DNA of 64,000 nucleotides, taken from contig MU054096.1 of NCBI GenBank assembly GCA_013239625.1, positions 347,098 through 411,097 on the forward strand, given 5' to 3'. Position 1 is the first letter of the stretch. Every line of letters starts with the position of its first letter. The position numbers and the translations under genes are program-made. This DNA comes from Lama guanicoe. Taxonomy: Eukaryota. The notes under the pieces were generated by a model. It was not told the origin of the DNA, did no database searches, and saw only the letters and a list, made by a program, of their open reading frames with translations. Shown here piece after piece: positions 10,648 through 22,708 of the stretch.

Positions 10648-11480
10648 AGGAACTCATTTTTATTAGTGACATTTTACAGGTGAGAAAGCTGAGGCACCGT
10701 AAGGTGAGTTACTACCAAGTTGTAGAGACTGGATAGAAATCCACTTGGGGTTGAATCACCACGCGAAGATGAGTCCAGTCAAGTCAACTCTCAGAAAAGT
10801 TCAGAGGAGGGAACTTCAGGGGGAAAGAGGCGTGGGGGGACTGGAGAACTCAAATACGTTGTAGGCTGAGATCTCCATTCTAGTTGGACCTCAGTTTTGT
10901 AACTGGGGATAAAAAAGTTTACACGGTAAAGCAGTATTATATGGTCCAGAGCATCCCCATCACCCATTAAAAGAACCTATAAAGAAATATCTGCATCTTC
11001 AGGCTCAGCAAGCTTTTTCCACATGGAGAATACATGTAAGATGAGCATCCATACCAAGAAGTCCAGTATGGCGTCAACTTCAGGAGTCTCCCACGCCCGA
11101 GACTTGACCACCATTTTGACTCCGCCCACCGTTGACCAGCCTTCTCCATGTTTGAGTTTCATGTAAATGGGATCTTACAGTGTGTTCTTTGTGTCCACCT
11201 TCCTTCATTCAACTTTTCCAGGAGATTGGCTCCTGTTGCTGTGTGTTGTTTGCATTTGTGCAGTTCCCGAGCTGTGTCATGTACACATATAATTTATTCA
11301 TTCTACTGCTGGAGACATTCGGGTTGTTTCCACTGGCTTGGGTTATCATGGGTATTGCTGGAATGCTGGAATGAACATTCTTGAATATGTGCTTTGGTGA
11401 ACTGTATTGCATTTCTGTCAGGTCTGTATGTGCAAGAGTGAGATCGCTGTTTCATAGAGGTCAGACTATATGTATATTTT

Positions 11481-11624
11481 AGAATTATTTTATTTTTTAA
11501 AAAATTTTTTGGAGGAGGGAGGTAATTAGGTTTCTTTATTTTTTAATGGAGTTACTGGGGATTGAACCCAGTACCTTGTGCATTCTAAACACACACTTTA
11601 CCACTGAGCTATGCCCCCTACTCC
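11481..11624 (-). mobile_element. Vic-1-like SINE
   Basis: GGGGATTGAACCCAG...CCACTGAGCTATGCCCCC; flanked by CAGACTATAT copies. Confidence 0.9.
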
Positions 11625-11640
11625 CAGACTATATATATAT

Positions 11641-11868
11641 TTTAAATTTTATTTTATTGAGTTATACTCTTTTTAAAACGTTGTGTCAACTTCCAGTGTA
11701 AAGCACAATTTTTCAGTTATACATGAACATACGTGTATTCATTATCGCATTCTTTTTCACTGTGAGCTACCACAAGATCTTGTATACATTTCCGTGTGCT
11801 ACACAGTATAATCTTGTTTATCCATTCTAAATATACCTGTCAGTATCTACAAATTTCGAACTCTCAGC
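11641..11868 (-). mobile_element. LINE-1 3' UTR fragment
   Basis: Poly(T) start followed by L1 3' UTR sequence (TTGTGTCAACTTCCAGTGTA...TGTGCTACACAGTA); flanked by CAGACTATAT copies. Confidence 0.8.
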
Positions 11869-11989
11869 CAGACTATATATTTTTGAACAAAGTAACATTT
11901 TAAAATCTTGGGCTATTTTTAGCACCCACCCTATACTCTTAGGACTTAATTGTGTCAATGTTTAGGAGCATTAAGAGCAGGAGTATCAG

Positions 11990-12265
11990 AAAAGGACACA
12001 AATGAATTTATCTACAAAAGAGAAACAGACTCATAGACATAGAGAACAAATTTATGGTCACCAGAGGGTAAAGGGGGTGGGAAGGGGTAAATTGGGAATT
12101 TGAAAATTGCACCTCTTGATGGAAATGTTAGCTATCTTGATTGTAGTGGTGGTGTCGTGGGTGTAGACATCTATCAAAATTCATCAAAGTGTACATCTGA
12201 AATGTGTGTAGTTTACTGTACAGGAATCATACCACAATAAAGGTGTTAAAGAATAAAATAAAAAT
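11990..12265 (+). mobile_element. LINE-1 3' fragments (younger piece followed by an older L1M 3' end)
   Basis: GGACACAAATGAATTTATCTACAAAAGAGAAACAGACTC, then GATGGAAATGTTAGCTATCTTGATTGTAGTGGTGGT...CAATAAA. Confidence 0.7.
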
Positions 12266-12837
12266 GGTCAAAGTAGTAAAATCAATTTTTTAAAATATAT
12301 TTTTATTGAAGTATAGTCAGTTTACAAATAAATTATTTATCTGTAAATAAATAAATTGGTAACTATTAAAAATAGTTAAATAATAGTATCATATACCTGA
12401 CTTTGGTGGGACTCCTTCTCATGTGAAATCATCCAGCCTGATGCTAAATTCCAACTATATATAACAAATAAAGGAATTTAGAATACATTTGAATGGTTTT
12501 ATAAATATGTGCATGTGTTTGGTGGATTTATACAAATTAAGGAATTTGCCATTTATTCTTATTTTATCTGAGATGATGTCCTATTTCTTTCCAAATCTGA
12601 AATATCATGTTAGTTCAAGTGAATTATTTTCAATGTCTTTGGAGGTTGGTATACTTTTCCCTCTTTAATCCATCATTATGGTGAATTTTACTGAAAGATT
12701 TTCTAATAGACAACACCACTGTGCTCCCAGAGTAAACTGGTTGTGGTTGTACTTTATGCCCACAGTGCAGGGCTAGGCTCGCACTAATCTAATATTGAAG
12801 GGTTTTGCATTAATTTTATTTACTCATTTATTTCAGA

Positions 12838-13120
12838 TGTTTTTGTTTGTTTGCTTGGCTTGGGGGGATTAGGTTTAGTTTATTTTTATTTATTTATTTT
12901 GGGGGGGTGGTAATTAAGTTTATTTACTAATTTGTTTTTAGAGGAGGTGCTGGGAATTGAACCCAGGACCTTGTGCATGCTAAGCATGCCCTCTACCGCT
13001 TCAGCTATACCCTCCCCCTATTAATTTTTTTTTTAGAGGAGGTGCTGGGGACTGAATCCAGGACCTCATGCATGCTAAGCATGCGCTCTACCACTGAGCT
13101 ATACCCTTCCTCCCTCCCCC
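12838..13120 (-). mobile_element. Tandem pair of Vic-1-like SINEs with a duplicated tail
   Basis: Two tRNA-like heads (~12940-13019 and ~13035-13120) and two GGGG...ATTAGG/AAG tail modules. Confidence 0.9.
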
Positions 13121-13194
13121 ATGCTTGTCTCTTTTATTCACCACTGTATCCTGTATCCTCAGTTCCTCAGAAGGGAGTGTTCCACAGAGCAGAT

Positions 13195-13334
13195 TTTTTT
13201 TTGTAATTGGAGTAGAGTCAGTTACAATGTGTCAATTTCTGGTGTCCAGCATCATGTCCCAGTCATGCATATACAGACATATGTTCATTTTCATATTCTT
13301 TTTCATTAAAGGTTATTACAAGGTATTGAATATA
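13195..13334 (-). mobile_element. 5'-truncated LINE-1 3' end
   Basis: 16-bp TSD GTTCCACAGAGCAGAT at 13179-13194 and 13335-13350. Confidence 0.9.
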
Positions 13335-13537
13335 GTTCCACAGAGCAGATGTATGATACATAGAACGTGATTGGGGGAATGACGTAGAGCAGTCACTGGC
13401 TCCCGCCTTTGAATTTGGGGTAGGCTTTGGGATTTAGGTACCAGCCCATTATATTGATATTATACCTATATTCTTGAAAGTTTGACATTGTGTTGTTTGC
13501 TCCTTAAAAAATATGAAAAAATATAAATTAAAAAAAA

Positions 13538-13660
13538 TTTTTTTGGAGGGAGGTAACTAGGTTTATTTATTTATTTATTTAGAGGAGGTACTGGGGATTG
13601 AACTCAGGACCTAGTGCACGCTAAGCATGCGTTCTACCACTTGAGCTATACCCTCCCCTC
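13538..13660 (-). mobile_element. Vic-1-like SINE
   Basis: tRNA-like head and (TTTA)n tail. Confidence 0.9.
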
Positions 13661-14105
13661 CTTAAATTTGTTTTATAATTGCGATTGCTGTAATGATTTG
13701 CCATTAGCTATAATTAAATGGATGTCGAGTTTCTTGCCCATCCTTTGCGCACTGCCCTCTGCATTTCCAGTCTCTTTTGCGTGACTGGATTGCATTATCA
13801 TACAGATTTTCTTTTTACAGGAAAACTTTGCAGGGGCTAGCTCCCTATCACCTAATCATCTCCCCTCTTTCTCTCCCTCCCTACTTTCCTTCCTTCCTTC
13901 CTTCCTCTTTTTTTATTTTTCTAAGTCATTTGTTTCTTTTTAGAATAACTAATACATTCAACTGGTTTAAAATTCAAGAACAAAACAGGGAAAATGTTCT
14001 TTCCTCTTCTTTCCCAACCACTCAGTCACTCTTCCCAGACACAACCAATATTATCACTTTTTTTAATGAATGTGTCTAGAGATAATTTATTCAAATAGAG
14101 GCATA

Positions 14106-14251
14106 ATTTATTTTAACTTACTTTATTTTATTTTTTGAAAGGGGAGGTAATTAGGTTTACTTATTTATGTTTAGAGGAGGTACTGGGGATTGAACCCAGG
14201 ACCTTGTGCATGCTAAGCACATGTTCTACCAATTGAGCTATACCCTCCCCC
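14106..14251 (-). mobile_element. Vic-1-like SINE
   Basis: TSD AGAGGCATA at 14097 and 14252. Confidence 0.9.
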
Positions 14252-15131
14252 AGAGGCATATTTATTTATAATTTGAGTTTTTCCACTGGCAGCCTATTGT
14301 AACACTGTTCTGTATCATGCTTTTTTTTTTTTCCTCTTAACAATGTATGTTGGAAATTATTTCATATCAGTACTGAGCTTCCTCATTGTCTGGCCAGTTG
14401 TGAGAGTAGTCCGTGAATGCACCATGGTTATCTCTCCATTTCCCCACTGATGGTCATTTAAGACATTTGCAGTCCAGAGAGTGCTACACTAGGTAGCCTT
14501 TTGCATTGCTGAGTCCCTTCCTATTCAGCACCGACTGAGTCAGAATTTCTGAGGTTGTGCCTTTGTATGAAAGCTTCTTGGTTGAATGCGATATACAGAG
14601 ACCAGCCCCTCAGGCAGGTATTCCTTAGAACCTAGGAAACCTTCATTTTGTGACCCTTGGCACCTCATTACTTCCTACTGTGATGGGAGGAGGGGTCCCT
14701 TTGAGATGTTCCCATCTTCCAGCTGTACTCCCAAGCCTGTTGGAGCTTCCAGAGTTGTAGCCAGCATCTTCAGTTTGACTTACTCCTCCTGTTTAGTGAC
14801 AACTCAGAGTTCCTGTCAATGTGTTGCGGATTTCTCTGTCTCTGGATGGCTTTTATCCCAGTTTATAGTATTGGGATATTTGTCCCTTGTTCTGACATGG
14901 CAGGATTATTACTTATTACTTTGAGTCTTATATCTCTTGTTCATTTTGTTCCACTTTGTGCAGGGAGCTGTTCTGTAAGCCTGGGCCACCTTTCACAGAA
15001 GTCTATTTTACATTTATTGTATTATTAAATCGATTGTTTGGAAATGTGACTATCATTTCACAGTTTTTCAATAACTTGCTATTACAATAATATAAAAATT
15101 AAGTAAGTCTATGTTTGGATTTCCTTTCTTC

Positions 15132-15263
15132 CTTTTTTTTTTTGCAGAGGGAAACAATTAGGCTTATTTATTATTATTATTTTTAATGGAGGTACTGGGG
15201 ATTAAACCCAGGACCTCATGTACACTAAGCATGCACTCTACCACTGAGCTCTACCTAGCTCCC
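15132..15263 (-). mobile_element. Vic-1-like SINE
   Basis: GGAGGTACTGGGGATTAAACCCAGGACCTC...CCACTGAGCTCTACC. Confidence 0.88.
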
Positions 15264-15498
15264 TGAATTTTCTAATATCTGGAGTTTCAAGTTCAGTTTG
15301 CCTCACCCATCTATTTTTTTTTGGTGGGGAAAGGGTAGTTCTTAGGCTTGTTTTGAAATTAAAGTCTAAATTCAAGGTGACTAATCTGTATGCTTCTAAG
15401 GGCCAGGCAGACAAAGTTAATGAGGGAAGCAGGGTTACTGTCATTTTCTTTTCTCTTAATTACTGTGTTTGACATCAAGACATCAAGACATCAAGACA

Positions 15499-16433
15499 TC
15501 AGAATGGCCATCATTAAGAAGTCCACAAATGATCAATGCTGGAGAGGCTGTGGAGAAAAGGGAACACTCCTACACTGTTGGTGGGAATGTAGTTTGGTGC
15601 AGCCATCATGGAAAACAGTATGGAGATTCCTCAAAAAACTAAAAATATACTTACCCTATGATCCAGCAATCCCACTCCTGGGCATATATCTGGAGGGAAC
15701 TCGAATTCAAAAAGATACATGCACCCCAATATTCATAGCAGCACTGTTTACAATAGCCAAGACATGGAAGCAACCTAAATGTCCAACAACAGGTGACTAG
15801 ATAAAGAAGCTATGATATATTTATACAATGGAATGCTACTCAGCCATAAAAAAGAATAAAATAATGCCATTTGCAGCAACGTGGATGGACCTGGAGATCA
15901 TCATTCTAAGTGAAGTAAGTCAGAAGGAGAAAGAAAAATACCATATGATATTACACATATGTGGAATCTAAAAAGAAAAAAGGAAAAAGAGGACACTAAT
16001 GAACTTCTCTGCAACATAGAAATAGACTTGCAGACATAGTAAATAGTCTTATGGTTATGGGGGAAAGTGTATAGGAAGGGATAAATCTGGGAGTCTGAGA
16101 TTTGCAAAGGTTAACTATGATATATAAAAATAGATTAAAAAAATTTCTTCTGTATAGCACGGGGAACTATATTCAATACCTTATAATAGCCTATAATGAA
16201 AAAGTATATGAAAAGCAATATATATATGTATCACTGAATCACTATGCTGTACACCAGAAATTAACACAACACTGTAAACTGACTATACCCAATTCAAAAA
16301 AATACAGTATCTGTAAAGTACAATAAAGCAAAACACAATAAAACAAACAAAAAAGAACCTGTTTAAAAATATGAAAAACTAAAAAATAGGCCTATTTTTA
16401 AAATACCAAAAAAAAATCCTTTAAAAAAAAAAA
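15499..16433 (+). mobile_element. 5'-truncated LINE-1: ORF2 C-terminal cysteine-rich domain, 3' UTR and extended A-rich tail
   Basis: ORF 15390-15800 encodes RMAIIKKS...[18 protein letters not shown]...[12 protein letters not shown] (L1 ORF2 zinc-knuckle region); premature TAG at 15798-15800. Confidence 0.93.
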
Positions 16434-17428
16434 GAGATGTCATATGATTACCCGCCAGCAGGTCTGTTTGTTTAATAACCCTGGTTATTTTTCATGCCGT
16501 ATTTAGTTGGTGTTCTTTGCAAGCTGAAAAGCATCCTAGTTTGCAGCTAAAAAGCATCCTAACTGATATATTTGTTTTCCCAGGGCTTTTTTTGTGAAGA
16601 AAGAAACCCTATTGCAGGCCACACTATGTGTTTTAGTCTCTAATATTTAGCTATTATCTGATGAGAATTGGGTCATGTGTCCAGAAAACAGAGTTGTAAA
16701 GTTATCAAATCATTTTAATTTTAAAATTAAAGCCCCAAAGTAGTAGGCTACATAGGAGAGTATAAAAAATTTTCATGTTATTAAGAAGGATCATAAACTG
16801 TGTGAAGTTGTTTCCTCTTAACAGGATCACGCATGTAAAATATATCGCCTACATTTACATTACATATTTTCTTCTGGGGGCATTGCTAGTTTTGAAGGAT
16901 TTATATTTGACAGATGGTACCTAATGCAGCTTTTCCCCCCTCGCCTATTGTGAAGAGGACACCTCTGCCAAGATTTCACAATATAAAAATTGCTCCTGTT
17001 TCCTAAAGGGCAAAAATGAATCACTTTCTTTTTGGATTAAGAACAAGTGAGTGTGGTTCAGCCACACATTGACGTGGCTTCCTCGCCAGAGTGCTGACGT
17101 TGGATGCTGCGTATATTTTTGGAAGAAGAGTTTTTTGTTTGATTCCCTAGAATAGCCAGTTACTGATGTTAAAGTGTTAAAGCTGGAGTCAAGGCATTTT
17201 GCACCGTATAGATCTTCTCACGTGGAGTTACAAAAATTCAAGGCAGTTTTAAAATAAAGAGTTTCACAATGTGTGTCTAATATGGACCCTCCATTCCCAA
17301 CTTAACCATTACTAAGGAGTTCTTAGTTCATCGCCTAGGTGAAGAAAGTAATATAACCTGTTTTGAAATGAAGGATCAAAACATAAGCTCAGTTTATTTT
17401 TGTTTTATCTAAATTCTAGTTAACTTTT

Positions 17429-17783
17429 TTTTTTAATTGAAGTATAGTCAGTTACAATGTGTCAATTTCTGGTGTCCAGCATCATACCGCAGTCATGCAT
17501 ATACATACATATGTTTGTTTTTATATTCTTTTACGTTAAAGGTTATTACAAGATATTGACTATAGTTCCCTGTGCTGTACAGAAGAAATCCGTTTTTTAT
17601 CCCTTTTTATACATAGTGGCTAACCTTTGCAAATCTCAAACTCCAAAATTTATCCCTTCCCACCCCCTTTCCCCCGGTAATCATAAAATTGTTTACTATC
17701 TGCGAGTCTGTTTCCATTTTGTAGATGACTTTATTAGTATCCTCTTTTTCCTTCCTTTCTTTTCCTTTTAGATTCCACATATG
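17429..17783 (-). mobile_element. LINE-1 3' UTR fragment
   Basis: TSD AGTTAACTTTT at 17418-17428 and 17784-17794. Confidence 0.9.
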
Positions 17784-18554
17784 AGTTAACTTTTAAGACC
17801 CACACAAAGTGCCACTTCCTCCAGAAGGCTTTCGTGCAATTTTCGCTTTTAGTAACGCTTACTGTTTTGTTATTTGGCTTTTATTTTCTCTCTCACTTAT
17901 TTTGTTCTCTATTTGTTGAATTTATGTAACGTTGCCTTCTCAACATGTCTATGCACTTCATGATTCAGACCTAGATCTCTGACATAAATATCTGTGTGTA
18001 AATTATAGCCTCATAACCTAGCACTGTATCATACTAGGCATATCATAAGACGTCCACCTGATTGAGAGTAATCCGCTTTTTAGGGAAGTGGTCTGAATGA
18101 GGACATATGTTATTAACTAGGTAATGAGACTTAATGAAATAGTTCATAAGATAGTCCTGAGCTACCATTTTCCCCTCAAATTCTTCTGTGGGTGCCCAGT
18201 CGTGTCCCTTTCAATTCCTACTGCATTCTGGACCGGTCAAGCTTCATAAATTCTAGCCACTATCTATTTATTTTAAACAGAAGTATAGTCAGTTTACAAT
18301 GTTGTGTCAGTTTCTGGTTTGACAAAGCCAGAAAATTCTTTTTAACCCCAAAACCTAATCATGTCACTCCTCTGATTTGAATTCTCCCGTGGCGTCCTAG
18401 GATCTTGGGGATAGAAGTCACAGTGTGTGTTTGGCCCCAAGGGTGATGCTCGGACTCTGCCCAGTTCCCTTTCACTCTGTCCCGCGTGACCTCACCCCAC
18501 TTGGAGTCCTCCCTCTGTGACCGTACAGGCCCTGACTAGCTGGCCCTTCCCCTC

Positions 18555-18994
18555 TGTCACAGGTTGAATTGCGCCCTCCCACCACCACCGCCTTCATATA
18601 TTTAAGTCCTGACCCCAGTGTCTTCTGGATGTGAGCTTATTTGGAAATAGGTTAATTGTAGACGTAATTAGTTAAGATGCGATCCTACTGCAGTATGATG
18701 AGCCCCTCATGCAATATGTCCTGAGTGTCCTTAGAGGGAGGGGGGACTTTGGACACAGAGACACACAAACAGGGTGATGACTGGAGTGACTGTGCTCCAA
18801 GCCAAGGAATCACAGAAGCTGGAGAGGTCTAGGGTCTAGGAACAAACCTCCCCTAGGGCCTGCAGAGGGAGTTCGACTCTGCTGACACCTTGGTTCTGGA
18901 CCTCTGGTTTCAGAACTCCAAGAAAATAAATTTCCACAGTTCTAAGCCACCCAACTTGTGGTACTTCGTCATGGGAACCCTAGGAAACTGGTGC
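18555..18994 (+). mobile_element. MLT1B-like MaLR solo LTR (within L2 relics)
   Basis: TGT...GGTTGAATTG start, CTTATTTGGAAATAGG, GCTGACACCTTG, AATAAATTTC...GGAAACT end. Confidence 0.8.
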
Positions 18995-19766
18995 ACCTTT
19001 TTTGCACTTGGTGAACTCTTAACTGTCATTCAATATTTGGCTCAAATGCCCCCTCTCGGAACCTTTTTTTGACATCCCCACCCTCTCCCGCAGCTGGATT
19101 AATGGCATCTCCTCCATATCTCTCCGCACATCTTTTGCATTTTGACCATTGGTCTCCTTGCCTGTGTCTTACCATGATCAATATCTTGTTTATAACAGCT
19201 CCTTGCAAAAATGTCTCAATATGGATTATTGAACAAGTGGATTTTTACCTTTTGGATGATTTCAGCCACTTCTCTATGGAGAAATACTTGTCTCATAGGG
19301 ATATGGGGACATTCATTTTATAGAGGGAAATCCAGATGTATAAGACACTGGAGTGAAAGTAAATTAATCAAGTTCACTTAGCATCTTTACGGCACAGCTA
19401 AGAGCAATCTTCCACATTTGGGACTTAAAATCACGGCATTTTGGAGACTTTCAAAATCCCCCTTTGCAGAGGAAGAAGCTGAGCTGGATTCTGTTAAGAG
19501 AATCTAGAAAAGAAAGGCATTCACTTCTTTGGATGCTTATGAAGCCGTTAACAAAGTTAGGAAATTCTTTCTGAGAAATCTAAATGGAGATACAAAATTT
19601 AGACTTCTCCTCTAATGTAAATTCCTCTTGTGTCTTTCCAAGAATCCCAAAGAAAAGGGTCTACACTTCGTTTAGAATGAAAGGTTTCCCCTGGCTTTCA
19701 CTGGCCAAAATTCAGTCAGCACATTTTGTGTACGACAGAAGAAAGCTCATTTTAAATAGAAGTTAG

Positions 19767-19862
19767 AATAATGCAAAAATGAATAATGTATTTATATGTA
19801 CGACTGAAACGTGAAACCAGAAACTGACAAGACATTGGAAACTGACTATACTTCTTTTTAAA
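19767..19862 (+). mobile_element. Short LINE-1 3' terminal fragment
   Basis: ACCAGAAACTGACAAGACATTGGAAACTGACTATACTTC L1 terminus. Confidence 0.75.
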
Positions 19863-21059
19863 GAACTTAATAGATAGTAGCTAGAATTTATGAAACCTGA
19901 GTGGTCCAGTTCAATACCCTGATGATAGTAATATTGATAATTATCCAAGTCACGATTCTGGTGTTGTCTCTCAATACAACTTTGCAAAGACTCCTTGGCT
20001 AGCTTTTGGGTACTTAAGAATTTTCTGCCGTTGATCTGTTGGCATCAGGAAATCCACTGTGGACCCAGCTGAAAAACAAAATGGAAAAGAGTGGAAGAAT
20101 CACATTTGTGTCATAAGCAAATCCTTTATAAATCATCAAGAGACTGCAGAGATGGCCACAAAGAGATTTTTGTCAAGGGTTTTATACAACTAAAATCAAT
20201 TCATCCACTTTATCTGTTTTGAACATACTGGGGATGCAACTGGAGATGTCACTAAGAGTTAGAGCTGCTCGGAAACCTTTAAGGTGTCAATTGACCATAT
20301 TTTTAGGTGCAGAAATGTTACACAGACACAGCCCAGATTCACCAGTGATTTCCTTTTTAAAATCGGCAACAAATGGACCCAGGAATCTACAAGGGAATAA
20401 AAATACCATGAGAGCAAAGCTGAGTTGAAGCAGGGTAACTCAAAATCAATATTTTGCTTTTAAACTCTTAAAGGGAGACCCAGGAGGGCTGCGTTCACTT
20501 TGTCCTCCTTACTTACTATCCTCAGAGGATGGGGTAAAAAGTGACAAGCCCGCTCCTTACTTCAGCCAGGACATTCTTCACTAACAAGCCACTTGTTAGA
20601 ATTCTGAGCTTCAGTTTCCTGTTGAGTGGCTTTTTAATAGCTCTGCTATCAGATGCTGGTTAAAAAAAAAATCAAACTTACTTTTCATATTGTATAAGTG
20701 AGATTGCATTTGGGGAACCAGGCAAAAGACAAGTCAATAGCTAATCTGATGGAGAACCGGGGAGCCCCTTGTTAGCTATACCTGCCCAGGAAAAGGGGCT
20801 GAAGCCCCTCCGAGGGCAGTGCAGCTGAGTGTTCTGCGATGGATTAGAATTCCTTGTTATTAAATCAAACTATCTTCTGTTCTGCTACATCAACAAGCAA
20901 AAGCTGCATCTTCATGACTTTGCAGGTGCCTTCAATAGGTTTGAACAGTACACTGAGGAGCGGGTAGGCATTTTCTTTAAGGAGAAGCCTGGCAATAGGT
21001 TTTATTTCAAGTGGATGACATCATTTAAGTGTTCTCCTTAATGAGTCCACTTTTTAAAA

Positions 21060-21213
21060 AAAAGATTTTAATTAAAAAAATTTGGGGGGGGGAGTAATTA
21101 GGTTGGCTTATTTATTTATTTATTTTTAGAGGAGGTACTGGGGATTGAACCCAGGACCTTGTGTATGCTAGGCATGTGCTCTACCACTTGAGTTATACCC
21201 TCCCCCTAGAAAA
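21060..21213 (-). mobile_element. Vic-1-like SINE
   Basis: 16-bp TSD AGTCCACTTTTTAAAA at 21044 and 21214. Confidence 0.92.
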
Positions 21214-21484
21214 AGTCCACTTTTTAAAAGAAACCTAAAAACACGTTAGATGATTTCTAGTATTGGAACTGTTTAGAAATCAGAGACACAGACTTTGGCT
21301 TAGTGTGAAACGTCCCCTCCACACTTTCAGCTCTATAAACATTGCTGGCTTGAGCAATTTCACTGAGAGATGATCTCAGGGGCTCAAATCTTCCTTTGTC
21401 ATTAAAGATTGGGAGAAATATGGGGCAAAGTGAGTAAATGAGAGATTAAGCTCAATTCATTCATAGATAAAAAGATTTTTTGTG

Positions 21485-22570
21485 TGTGTAGTATTTAGGG
21501 TCCAAAAAGGAAAACAGAAGCTGTAACAGTTACATTAACAGAAAAAATTTAATATGGGGAATGAGTTTAATAGATCTGTAAGACTGAAAAACTGGAAAGT
21601 ATTAGTTGAGGTGACTCAGAGATAGTAGCTGCAGGAAGCAGTGATGACCCCAGAGCTGGGGAAACAAAAAGATGGAGTCAGGGTTATTGAAACATGAAAC
21701 TTGGAAGAGAGGTCCTGTGATGGTTGGTGAAACTCAGGTTCTTGTGAGATGGGGTGGGGGTGGGGTGAGGGTGAGGGTGAGGGTGGAGGCAGAAGCATTG
21801 TCTGGATGGTGCCAGCAGTTTAGGAACCCAGAGGAGAGGTTTCTTGTGGCTGGGACCTCTGAGGTGGGCACCACTCAGCTGATTCAAGTGGCTCCAAGGG
21901 TCCAGGATAAGGCTGGTCCTTGGAGTGCTGCTGGAGACTGGAACAGCACAGCCAGAGAGAAGGGCTGTTGCTGAGATATGTCAACAAAAGAGTGAGCAAG
22001 CAGGAAAAAAAGAAGCCCCTTTTAACACCATCACCTCCACTACCTTCTGTTCCTCTGGCATCCCTCCATATCCCTCCTCACAAGGAGCCAGCTGGAGAAG
22101 GAGAAATGAAATATGCAGCATCTCCCAGCCCGGCATCTCAGACCAGTCTAGAGGAGTAGGTTTGGAGCTAAGAGCAGGTTGCTTAATAACTGGCTATTGG
22201 AATTCACAGCATCTAGTCCACTGAGGTTGGCCAAGTTATGTTGCAACAGTAGCCCCCAGATCTGGATAGCCCCCAACAGCAAAGACTGACTTCTCAGTGA
22301 TCCTACAAGTCCATTGCAGGTTGGCCAGGGCTCTGCTCAGTGTCATCCTAACTCCTGGATGCAGCCACTGCCCACAGCATTGGTGGTGACCACAGCGTGG
22401 CAGAAGGGAAAGAGCTGTGGGGAATTGTGCACTGTCTCTTAAACCTTCTGCACATTTCTTTGGCCAAAAAAAGTAGCAAGAACATTTCTGATTCCAAGAT
22501 TGGTAGAAAGAGTGCAATTCTATTACCTGGGAGAAGAACCAGAGATATTTGGTTGGTATCAGGGGAAATG
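21485..22570. mobile_element. Ancient LTR relics (an ERVL-type LTR followed by an MLT1K/L-like piece)
   Basis: Degenerate resemblance to old LTR consensus starts; family assignment uncertain. Confidence 0.4.
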
Positions 22571-22708
22571 CATTAGGCAAATTTCAATAGAAATTTTTGC
22601 ATGATTGACTTAGAAGTTTGGAAAAGTAGATCAATCAGCACTTATTTTTTCTATCTCGGGACACTTTAAGGTAAATTTTCAGCTATGATAGCAATTAATA
22701 ATTTGTAA

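Noticed and set aside
14524..14545. TTCAGCACC REST-like word
   Set aside because: Left half-site only; the GGACAG right half is missing.
15390..15800. 136-aa ORF with a Cys/His motif
   Set aside because: LINE-1 ORF2 C-terminal remnant with a premature stop; not a host gene.
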